Shown piece after piece: positions 56,901 to 64,000 of a stretch of DNA of 64,000 nucleotides. Under the pieces are notes generated by a model. The model saw only the letters and a list, made by a program, of their open reading frames with translations, ran no database searches and was not told the origin of the DNA. The stretch comes from a bacterium (GTDB lineage: Bacteria; Electryoneota; RPQS01). Position 1 is the first letter of the stretch; every line of letters begins with the position of its first letter. The DNA is taken from positions 1 through 64,000 of the forward strand of contig DASXUQ010000009.1 in NCBI GenBank assembly GCA_036504735.1. The letters run 5' to 3'. A program made the position numbers and the translations under genes.

Positions 56901-57141
56901 CATGGTGCCCGTGGCCTTTGCCCTCGGTGAAGGCAGCGAGTTCCGTTCGCCGATGGGGCAGGCCGTGATCGGCGGACTTCTGACGTCGACCCTGCTCACT
57001 CTGTTCATCGTTCCCGTGGCCTATTCGATCCTCGATGACTTTTCTTTCAGCCGGCTCTTCTCCCGGAAGTCACGAAAGCAAGGGAAAGAAGGTCACCCAT
57101 CACGAGTCCCAATTCCGGAAAGAGTATTGGAGAACGATTAG
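53989..57141 (+). CDS. RND efflux transporter permease (AcrB/HAE1 family)
   Basis: 1050 aa, 12 TM, AcrB-like. Confidence 0.9.
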   Translation: MKLSDVSIQRPVFATMMIMALIVLGLFSYVKLNIDQYPDVDFPFVTITAVLPGAGPEQVETDVTKKIEDAVNTIGGIDHIQSISQEGVAIIVVQFKLEVDGRQAAQEVREKIAAISSDLPDDLEDPVVQRIDPASTPIFNLTVAGNRSEKEITTYTKNVIKKRLENVPGVGRVDLVGGAEREIQVEVDAARLQAYNLSIQDVIQSVTSSNMEVPAGNLTQGSRQILLRTMGKFIRVEDFNHVVVATPGGKPVYLSEVARVVDGVKEQTSLTRQNGKIAVGLSILKQSGSNTVRVAEALQRQVAAIQKELPSDLTLSIARDNSTRIRDMVGDVLFDIFYGGLLAVVVVFLFLANLRATIISAIALPTSIIASFIVMSALHFTLNMMSLLALSLAVGLLIDDAIVVIENIYRHMQMGETPMQAAKAATSEIGLAVMATTFAIVAVFVPVAFIPGLIGRFFFQFGITVSVSVLVSLFVAFTLTPMLASRWLHKEDEELKKDGNLLQKALFYFNHFFELLSHRYQRAVAWSLQHRKTVLVGSIAVFVASMFFMRFLGSAFFPNSDQSELTVTVQSAPGSSLARTADICARIETLLSSRKEVVSTLTTIGAGNDPVTNGSILVKLVKKHERDKGVAQIQDELRTALGSIPGASISFGTTQGPGGGTKPVSMSVRGDDLGRLTKLADKVERIVRGTTGAVDVTNSLETSKPELRIVIDRERASDLGVNVGLIASSVRAMVDGFVATQYQEGDEQFDTRIRLSQSDRTSLDDVNNLTVKSSKDLGNNQKALIPVSAVADVRSASGPSRINRYDRQREIRVEANLSGILLGEALKSIGKETKKLDVPPGYAIGVTGQGEMQAEAFANILMALVLAIVFVYIVLAAQFESFSYPFAIMFSLPMALIGAVFALIAFHSALSVMSMIGIIMLMGLVTKNGILLVDFANVLRSRGMARTEALIQAGAARLRPILMTTFAMIFGMVPVAFALGEGSEFRSPMGQAVIGGLLTSTLLTLFIVPVAYSILDDFSFSRLFSRKSRKQGKEGHPSRVPIPERVLEND

Positions 57142-57172
57142 TTCTGCAATACAGCCTTTCCTCGCAGCAAAC

Positions 57173-57201
57173 AGAAGCCCCTTCCGGGGGCTTTTGTTTT
57201 T
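57173..57201 (+). terminator. rho-independent terminator after RND operon
   Basis: aagcccc ttcc gggggctt ttgttttt. Confidence 0.75.
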
Positions 57202-57262
57202 GATAGACTGCGGTGTGCAACCCTCGAGATAACCATTGAGTGCCGGTTACCTCACACAGAAC

Positions 57263-58399
57263 TTAATGTTCGAACCAGCGGCTCTGGCGGCTCGCTCCGT
57301 ACTGCTGCTTCTCTTTGGCCAGCTCAACCGAGGCCGCGGTGTAGCGTCCTGTGGGTGACGGCCCGGAGAGAAAATCCACATCCACGCGCCCGACCCGCTC
57401 GCCGCCAAACTCGACATAGCAGGTTCCCGCTCCTGTATAGGCCGCCGGTTCTTCGCCGCCTTGCAGCTCTGCAATAATCGATGCGGCAGCGACCCGCGCC
57501 GCGTTTTCGGCGAACACACCCGCCTTAGGAGTGGTCCCGACACTGGTGACATCACCCACAGCCCACACGCCGGGAAAGCGCGTCCTGAGGTTTTTCGGGG
57601 TGACGGGAATCCAGCCGGCCTCGGTCATGCCGCTCTGGACAACAACCTGCGGGACACAGTGCTTCGGAACCCCGAGGAACAAGTCATAGGGCATCTCACT
57701 TCGGTCATCCAAAACAGCCACGCGCCGTACAGGGTCAAGCTCCACCACACACCGGTTCGGGACGAAGCCGATTCCCCGCTCGGCAAAGGCCGTAAGCAGA
57801 GCGTTGGACGTGTCGGGCGAAGGCGGAATCGGTGTGCCGAACGGCATGACCAGGCTGATCCGGCAGGCATCGCGTACTCCGCGCGTTACAAGGTCGTCGT
57901 GCAGCAGCAGGGCGGTTTCGCTGGGAGCCGGCGGACACTTGAACGGCGCCGCCGCAACGCCCACAATCGCGTGTCCTCTCGAGAAGGTGGGCAGCACCTC
58001 CCGCAGCCGCTCCGCGCCCGCAAAAGAGTAGAATTCATTGCCTCCCTCCGTCAGCCCCGGTGTCGCTCCAAAATCGTAATCTGCGCCCAGCGCCACCACC
58101 AGAATATCGGCCTCGTAGCTTCCCTTCCGGGTGGTGACGCGCCGGGTTTCAGGGTCGATGGCGGTGATGGTCTCCCGCAGAAAGCGCACTCCGGGTTTCA
58201 GAATACTGCGGTAGGCAAGCCGCACCGAATCCGGCGTCTTGCGGCCAAACATCACGTCGAGCTTGGAAAAGCCGAAGACGAAGCAGTCACTCTTGTCGAT
58301 CAGCGTAAGGTCAAGGCTGTCGGTGAGCGTCTCGGACAGGATGGTGCTGATTTCGAGTCCACCGAAACCCGCTCCTAAAATGAGAACACGTAATTTCAT
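57263..58399 (-). CDS. FAD-dependent pyridine nucleotide-disulfide oxidoreductase, sulfide:quinone oxidoreductase-like
   Basis: GAGFGGLE dinucleotide fold. FKCPPAP Cys motif. ATG 58399. Confidence 0.6.
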   Translation of the reverse strand: MKLRVLILGAGFGGLEISTILSETLTDSLDLTLIDKSDCFVFGFSKLDVMFGRKTPDSVRLAYRSILKPGVRFLRETITAIDPETRRVTTRKGSYEADILVVALGADYDFGATPGLTEGGNEFYSFAGAERLREVLPTFSRGHAIVGVAAAPFKCPPAPSETALLLHDDLVTRGVRDACRISLVMPFGTPIPPSPDTSNALLTAFAERGIGFVPNRCVVELDPVRRVAVLDDRSEMPYDLFLGVPKHCVPQVVVQSGMTEAGWIPVTPKNLRTRFPGVWAVGDVTSVGTTPKAGVFAENAARVAAASIIAELQGGEEPAAYTGAGTCYVEFGGERVGRVDVDFLSGPSPTGRYTAASVELAKEKQQYGASRQSRWFEH

Positions 58400-58636
58400 G
58401 CGTAAGGGGTACTCCATTTAAGCAGATAAATAGGTAATGTTCACATCGCGTTGCGTTCCTGGAGTTCAGGTCTACAACCTAACTTTATAGACGGGCAAAT
58501 GCAATTCACCCCCAACATCTTTTCTTGCAAGTTTTCGAACTTTCTGAGCAGCGGCGAGCCTCCTTACTGATGCTCTCCTGTCTCATCTTGTTCTCTGCGG
58601 CGAAATGCCGAGAGGCAGCTTCATCTCGGAAGAGAA

Positions 58637-58664
58637 ACAGGCTCCCCCTTACGGAGGAGCCTGT
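58637..58664 (-). terminator. terminator hairpin after VIT-VWA gene
   Basis: acaggctcc ... ggagcctgt with a T-rich tail on the minus strand. Confidence 0.55.
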
Positions 58665-58699
58665 GCCGGCGATCACGAGAACGTCAGGGTGTGCGGTTG

Positions 58700-60961
58700 T
58701 TACTCGATCAGGTAAGCCGTGCCACGAAGCAGGATCGCCAGTTTCTCGCTCGGCTTCTGGGAAGCCAGAACCTTGTTTTCTTCTGCGGTGTTCTCGCGGG
58801 TGAGAGCAAAATACTCTTCGGAGAACCGCTGAATGATTTTAAATTTGCTGCGGTCCTTCACCGGATCGCGGTCGCCGACTGAAGCGGTCACCCAAATGTC
58901 ACCGTGCTTGTACAGGGTCTCGTTGCCGGCGATGCGGATGGTGGTGATGGCGTCGCTCCCCCCGCGCTCATACTGGGTTTGACTGGATGCGCCCAGCCGC
59001 ATCGCGTGGCCTTCGGTATCCACCTTGAATCCCGGACTTTTCGAGATCAGCGCCTCTGTGCTGGCGGCGGCATCCATTTGAGCCTGCGGGCCGGTGACGG
59101 AATGACTCCTCGTCAAGGCCTTGGAGGACACTTGCCTACGCACTTCCTGGGAGGACAAGTCATATTGCCGTTCATCCGCAAGGTAACTCGTGTACGGCGT
59201 GACTATCCCGTACTGTTTGCTGAGCCGGATCAGTTCATCGACGGTCTCTTCCGCGCGGCCCCGGAGCCGGATCTCTTCAAGCAATTGGCCGATGCGCCGC
59301 GTTGCCCAGAGCTTCTCCACAAACCGGTGGGAGGAAGATTCGCCGTTCGCATCGAGGGCAATCGGATACTCGAAACTACGGTGCTCCCCGCCGAACATGC
59401 CCGACACCGTCAGCATCGCCGGACAGTCACGCGCCTGCATCAGGTCGTAGGCCTTGTCGCTGTTCGGATAAATCCTTCCCGCCCGAATCAACTGATCTCC
59501 TTCGAAGAGATCGCCCAGTTCAGCGGGGCTGTCGTCACCGGTGCCGAATCCATCCAGCGCCACGGAGACATTGGTCATGAACGGATTCTTGATCCGCTTG
59601 TAGAGCGCGGATACTTTCGCTTCGATGGATTCATTCGGCTTTACATAATCGCTGCGGCCATGATTTTGATTGACCAGATTGTCCAGCAGCCGCACGTTGA
59701 CATCATAGCCGACGCCGAAGGAAAACAGCCGCACGCCCGCCTGATTGGCGCGGGAGGTGTTCTCCAGAATGGCCGTCTCATCGGTGTTGCCCACCGTAGG
59801 CAGACCATCGGTCAAGAAGATAATGAACGCCGGACGCTTGCTTCCGCGCTCACCATCGAACCGGTTATGGGGAAACTGCGTCATGGCATCATCAAGGGCA
59901 CGGTAGATGTTTGTGCCGCCCGACGCTTCCACCCGGTCCAGCCTGTCCATCGCCCGTTCGATATTCTGCCGCGAGGCCGTCTGCAGCGAATTGAAGCAGG
60001 GTGCCGGGCTGTCATTGTAGGTAATGAAGTTGAAACGGTCGCGGGAATTGAGATTGCGCAGAATGAACCGCGCGGCGTCGCGCGCCTGTCGAATCTTTTC
60101 ACCGCCCATCGAACCGCTGCGGTCCAATACCACAATGATGTCCTTGGCCAGGGCGGTGCCGGCCTCGGCGCGCGGATTGGGGCTCACCATCAGGAAATAG
60201 TAGCCATCTTTGGAGTGATCCGGCCAATAGGTCAGCAGCGTCGCGCCCACCTGATCGTGTGACGTCTCGTAGAAGAGCTGCAGGTCGGACTGCGGACGGT
60301 ACTGCTTGGCCGCATAGCTTACGACCACACGGTTCGGGCCGCGGCGGTCCACATCCAGATCCATCGTGGGAGAGTACACATTCACAATATCCGCCGCCGA
60401 CCGGATGTCCGCCGACACCCGGAAGCGGCCCACCGGTTCCGCTCCGAACCGGCCCGTGGTCATAGGGTACCATAGTTCTACCACGTCGCCATCCTTTTTG
60501 CAGGTGGCGGTGTAATGCACCACAAGGAGCGCCGCCTGGTGCGCTCCCAGCGGAAATGCGCTGGAGCGGTAGAAGCCATAGCCTGCATATTCAAGCAGAC
60601 CGGGATCGCGCCTGCGGCGGACAATGTCATTGTAGACCTGTCTCGCCTCCTGAGCATCCAGCATCCGCCCGGTCAATTCCCGGCCATCCACCACCAATGT
60701 AAACTGATCCACCGCCGCATCGGCGGGCAGCGGAAACACATATTCCACTTCCACATCATGGTCACTGGGATTGGTCACCGCATCCGTCACCGTAACCGAT
60801 GCCACCTGATCCTGCACCTGCATATCCACGGTGCGCTCGCGTACCGACCAGCACTCCCACCCGTAGTCCCCACGTATTGGAAGCGCCATCTGCCCGAGGG
60901 CGCGTGAGGCGGCCCACCCCATTAGAAAGATCATGGCTAAGAATTTGATGCGCGGTGACAT
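58700..60961 (-). CDS. secreted VIT + von Willebrand factor A domain protein
   Basis: Signal peptide. MIDAS DRSGSM..T..G. Confidence 0.75.
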   Translation of the reverse strand: MSPRIKFLAMIFLMGWAASRALGQMALPIRGDYGWECWSVRERTVDMQVQDQVASVTVTDAVTNPSDHDVEVEYVFPLPADAAVDQFTLVVDGRELTGRMLDAQEARQVYNDIVRRRRDPGLLEYAGYGFYRSSAFPLGAHQAALLVVHYTATCKKDGDVVELWYPMTTGRFGAEPVGRFRVSADIRSAADIVNVYSPTMDLDVDRRGPNRVVVSYAAKQYRPQSDLQLFYETSHDQVGATLLTYWPDHSKDGYYFLMVSPNPRAEAGTALAKDIIVVLDRSGSMGGEKIRQARDAARFILRNLNSRDRFNFITYNDSPAPCFNSLQTASRQNIERAMDRLDRVEASGGTNIYRALDDAMTQFPHNRFDGERGSKRPAFIIFLTDGLPTVGNTDETAILENTSRANQAGVRLFSFGVGYDVNVRLLDNLVNQNHGRSDYVKPNESIEAKVSALYKRIKNPFMTNVSVALDGFGTGDDSPAELGDLFEGDQLIRAGRIYPNSDKAYDLMQARDCPAMLTVSGMFGGEHRSFEYPIALDANGESSSHRFVEKLWATRRIGQLLEEIRLRGRAEETVDELIRLSKQYGIVTPYTSYLADERQYDLSSQEVRRQVSSKALTRSHSVTGPQAQMDAAASTEALISKSPGFKVDTEGHAMRLGASSQTQYERGGSDAITTIRIAGNETLYKHGDIWVTASVGDRDPVKDRSKFKIIQRFSEEYFALTRENTAEENKVLASQKPSEKLAILLRGTAYLIE

Positions 60962-61198
60962 GGCGGGTCCCTTTCAATGCAATGATGAGGTTGCGTTCCA
61001 AGGCGTCAAGGCTGGTTGCCTTCCGGTTCAACCCAGTGATTTGAACTGATCCTGTTTTCTTACCGCGTCCCTAAAAGAGCAACCGAAAAATCGTAAAACG
61101 ATGGAAATAGGATCTTTACCTGTTGCCATCGCGTTCTATTGACAGCCAAGGTCCGGATCATTACATTGTAGCATGAACCTCGAGAGGACGCCGCCGCA

Positions 61199-61795
61199 AT
61201 GATGAGTGAACAGGATCTGGCCCGGCACCTCGCCCAGGCAAAAGCGGGCGATGCGGCGAGCCTTGGCCTTTTGTGCGAAGAGGCCAGGGTAAGACTTCAG
61301 CTCGTGGTCAAATATCGGTTGGGACGGTGGCCGGAGGCCGACCGCGAGGACTTGGTGCAGGATGCCTTGATGACATTTTGCGACAAGCTTCAGGAAATAG
61401 ACCGGACTCCCATGGCCTTCGCGCTGTGGATTCTCCGGCAGAAAATCGGCAATGAATTCCAAAAGGCTTACCGGAACCGGGAGCGCTCTTTTACCGAAGC
61501 CTTTGGACTTCCCGGACGGGAGGGAGAGGACCGAATTGTGGAGCCTCCGGATCCGGAGGATGATCTGGCCGTCCAATATGATCGCAAGGAAACCGTGGAG
61601 CGTATGCGCGTGGCTATCCGTGGGCTCAGTGATTTCTGCCGGGCCGTCTTTGCGGGCGTGCTCGAAGGACTGCGCATGCAGGATATCTGGGAGCAGTACC
61701 GGCAGATTGAACCGGGCTTGCAGCGCAGCGCCTTTGACAAGCGCACGCACGATTGCCGCCGCAAACTCTTCGCGCGGATGGGAGCAGCCGAATGA
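61199..61795 (+). CDS. ECF-type RNA polymerase sigma factor
   Basis: Regions 2 and 4. ATGA overlap with the anti-sigma gene. Confidence 0.7.
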   Translation: MMSEQDLARHLAQAKAGDAASLGLLCEEARVRLQLVVKYRLGRWPEADREDLVQDALMTFCDKLQEIDRTPMAFALWILRQKIGNEFQKAYRNRERSFTEAFGLPGREGEDRIVEPPDPEDDLAVQYDRKETVERMRVAIRGLSDFCRAVFAGVLEGLRMQDIWEQYRQIEPGLQRSAFDKRTHDCRRKLFARMGAAE

Positions 61796-63171
61796 AGAAC
61801 GACATCCGGCAATTGCAGTGCGTAAATCCCGAACTGGGCGAACGGCTCTTCCCCTACGGATTGGGAACCCTTGCTGCGGAGGACGCGGCAGCGTTTGAAG
61901 ACCACCTGATGGAGTGCGCCTACTGCCGCACCGAACTGGCGGCGGGATTCGAAGCCTTTGCCGCGCTGAAAGAGCATCGTTCGGATCTCGTGGAGCAGAT
62001 GAAAGCCTCCGGCGAAGATTATGATACTCTGTTTGCCAAGTTGCGCGAGGCCGCAGAGCCTGAGCGCCGACGCGCGATTTCCTTGCCCACACGATGGAAA
62101 CAATTCATCGATGCCGTGCTGAATCCGTGGGTCTATGGCCCGGTCGTGACCGCCGCGGTCGCGGTCATTCTTATTTTGCATACGACGCGTCCTCCCCAGC
62201 TCGGCACTCCCTCAGCGCCCCGGACCCACTCGGGGGACACTCATCAACTTCGTGCACTGGAAGAAGCAAAGCCCGAGTCTCAGCCTTCCCAACCACAGGC
62301 AGAAGAGAAGACTATTGAGCGCATTGCGCCACCCGTACCGGAGACCGCGCCGCTGGCGGATCAGGTGATGCCCCAGCAGAGAAGTCTCAGTCCGGATGTG
62401 GCGAAGCAAGCCGTGCCGGCGCTGCCCGAACCGCGCGCCATGCGCGCAGGCCATTCAACTTCCGAGCTGCGCTCCGAAGTGCGGGTGCTGCCCCCTCAAA
62501 GCGTTTCTGCGCCGCCGGAATCTGCGGTGCCACAGCAGGACATCACCTACCAGTCTCCGCCGGTCAAGATCGACGTCTCCTCCAAACAGATGCGGTTTGC
62601 AGCCGGCCAGAGCCACGAAACGCCTTTGCCGCCTGCGGTTCAGAACCGGGCGCTGGCCCTCATTGCAAATCCACCCCTGATGCAAGAGCGCGCTGCCTCG
62701 ACGTCCATGCAGCAGATGTTATCCAAGCAACCGGGATTCAAGGTGGATCCTTCCGGCGAGAAGCATGTACGGAAGAGCCATGAAAGTGCGGCTCCGGATA
62801 CAGCCCGGCCACATCCTGTTCTTGCAGGAATGGCTGCGTACCGCCACGGGGACTATGCCGCCGCCATTCCCGCATTCGCAGAAGCGGCGCGCGAGCAGCC
62901 CGCCGACAGCAGCGTCTGGTTCAATCTGGGCATCTCGCACCTGCAACTGAGCCAGTGGGCGGCAGCCGCCCAAGCGCTGACCAAGGCCGATTCCCTTTCC
63001 GGCAGCCGCAATCCGCTGCCACACTATTATCTTGCCCTGGCTACGCTCCTGAACGGCGACCTTGAAACCGGACGACTGCTGCTTAAAGGATTGTCCGCAA
63101 GGCAGGATTCATTGGGCATCCGCGCCGCCGAGCTTGAGCGTCTGCTCGACGCTCCTGTCAAACGCAGGTAA
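61792..63171 (+). CDS. anti-sigma factor (zf-HC2) with TM, Pro-rich linker and C-terminal TPR domain
   Basis: HLMECAYCR. TM VYGPVVTAAVAVILIL. TPR-like C-terminus. Confidence 0.65.
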   Translation: MKNDIRQLQCVNPELGERLFPYGLGTLAAEDAAAFEDHLMECAYCRTELAAGFEAFAALKEHRSDLVEQMKASGEDYDTLFAKLREAAEPERRRAISLPTRWKQFIDAVLNPWVYGPVVTAAVAVILILHTTRPPQLGTPSAPRTHSGDTHQLRALEEAKPESQPSQPQAEEKTIERIAPPVPETAPLADQVMPQQRSLSPDVAKQAVPALPEPRAMRAGHSTSELRSEVRVLPPQSVSAPPESAVPQQDITYQSPPVKIDVSSKQMRFAAGQSHETPLPPAVQNRALALIANPPLMQERAASTSMQQMLSKQPGFKVDPSGEKHVRKSHESAAPDTARPHPVLAGMAAYRHGDYAAAIPAFAEAAREQPADSSVWFNLGISHLQLSQWAAAAQALTKADSLSGSRNPLPHYYLALATLLNGDLETGRLLLKGLSARQDSLGIRAAELERLLDAPVKRR

Positions 63172-63191
63172 CCGTTTCTCTATCGAACACA

Positions 63192-63228
63192 AAGCGGGCG
63201 ACCCTTCAAGGTCGCCCGCTCTGTGTTT
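63192..63228 (+). terminator. rho-independent terminator
   Basis: agcgggcgacc cttcaag gtcgcccgct ctgtgttt. Confidence 0.65.
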
Positions 63229-63581
63229 AGGCCCAACGCCCAAACTGTGATTTGCCCCGTGGTCGTATCAGGATTTTATGGCACAACGTCTCGAAGCCTT
63301 GCGCGGCCAACTGTAAATATGCGTCTACAGGACGATTTTAGGATCTCATGGCATTCCGCCCGCTGCCGGAGAGGTCTCCGCCTCATAAAATCTCAAATAA
63401 CAGAATATTGGATCTACTGATCGTTATGTTTATTCATGACTTGCGATGTGCTCCCCTGTATTATCACTTGCTCAATTTACTTGTGTGAGAATGCAGGAAC
63501 CCCTATACTGGAGGGATATTACCATTATGTCATTATGGTGACCCTAAACTGGCAGCCCGTGCGCTGTCTCCGGACGTAATT

Positions 63582-64000
63582 ATGGCGACTGACAAGAAAA
63601 AGGGCGCAGTAAGACGGCCTAAAGTCCCTTCCGCGGAACTACACACCGCAACGAACCAGACAACCGAACCCATGCACCGCAGCCCCGAGAGCGACCTGCC
63701 TGAACTGCACCAGGCAACCCTGAGCGCTATCCTCGAAAGCTCTGATCAGCCGATCTTTGCCATAGACCGGAGCTATTGCTATACCGCTTATAACGCGGCC
63801 CATGCCCGGGCGATGAAGGCGCTCTTCGGTACGAGGATTGAAATCGGCGCCAATATCCTGGATTACCATACGCTTCCCGAAGAACGCGCCACCGCAAAAT
63901 CCAACATCGATCGCGCTCTGCTCGGAGAATCTGTAGTCGTCGAACACTATGCCGGCGACGAAGCCTTCGAACGCCGCTATTTTATGATCGTTCATAATCC
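63582..64000 (+). CDS. PAS-domain sensor protein, 5' partial (runs off window)
   Basis: Read from the sequence: MATDKKKGAVRRPKV...LSAILESSDQPIFAIDRSYCYTAYNAAHARAMKALFG. Not in the track because no stop lies within the window. Confidence 0.55.
   Translation, partial: MATDKKKGAVRRPKVPSAELHTATNQTTEPMHRSPESDLPELHQATLSAILESSDQPIFAIDRSYCYTAYNAAHARAMKALFGTRIEIGANILDYHTLPEERATAKSNIDRALLGESVVVEHYAGDEAFERRYFMIVHN

Noticed and set aside
58904-60262. 452-aa plus ORF
   Set aside because: Antisense to the VIT-VWA gene.
63639-63995. 118-aa minus ORF
   Set aside because: Antisense to a clear plus-strand PAS-domain gene that runs off the window end.
1-64000. Search for rRNA, tRNA, CRISPR arrays, IS elements or integrases
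   Set aside because: No T-arm/anticodon-like structures, no direct-repeat arrays, and no transposase, integrase or recombinase ORFs seen. The window appears chromosomal accessory DNA without obvious mobile-element boundaries.

Overview
This is a GC-rich (about 60% by eye), gene-dense bacterial window with mostly co-directional operons. Several secreted proteins carry T9SS-type C-terminal sorting domains (...NYPNPFNP...LLK), suggesting an FCB-superphylum-like lineage; no lineage call is made. The window is dominated by metal(loid), sulfur and thiol-redox accessory content.

- **Mercury methylation locus (65..4070, minus):** an hgcA-hgcB pair with the diagnostic motifs sits immediately downstream of arsR-acr3, a small Cys-rich single-TM protein and a DsbD_2-like membrane protein with a vicinal Cys pair in TM1.
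- **Minus-strand arsenic/sulfur/thiol-redox array (about 26.4..36.1 kb):** a second arsR paralog, arsP with the TPFCSCS motif, three thioredoxin-fold proteins, CcdA, an ArsF-like CxxC protein, an ArsR-rhodanese fusion, DUF302, an octaheme c-type cytochrome plus cytochrome b, and two YeeE-type sulfur transporters, one fused to rhodanese.
- **Metal-sensor module (22985..26356):** an ECF sigma factor, a zf-HC2 anti-sigma, a Metal_resist periplasmic sensor, a Cys-rich periplasmic protein, a NapH-like polyferredoxin and an HMA-like protein. It sits directly downstream of the array, separated from it by a terminator.
- **Other content:**
  - an NtrC-type two-component system divergent from a sigma-54 promoter driving yceI, a 6xCHRD T9SS protein and a cupredoxin;
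  - a TetR-desaturase unit flanked by two paralogous small membrane zinc-ribbon proteins;
  - two paralogous RRM RNA-binding genes with conserved 5' leaders of about 125 nt;
  - three large secreted proteins, two with T9SS CTDs;
  - a TetR/TolC/MFP/RND efflux operon;
  - an SQR-like flavoprotein, a VIT-VWA protein and a second ECF/anti-sigma(TPR) pair.

No rRNA, tRNA, CRISPR array or obvious mobile element was recognised. The long antisense ORFs in the track are GC-bias artefacts.
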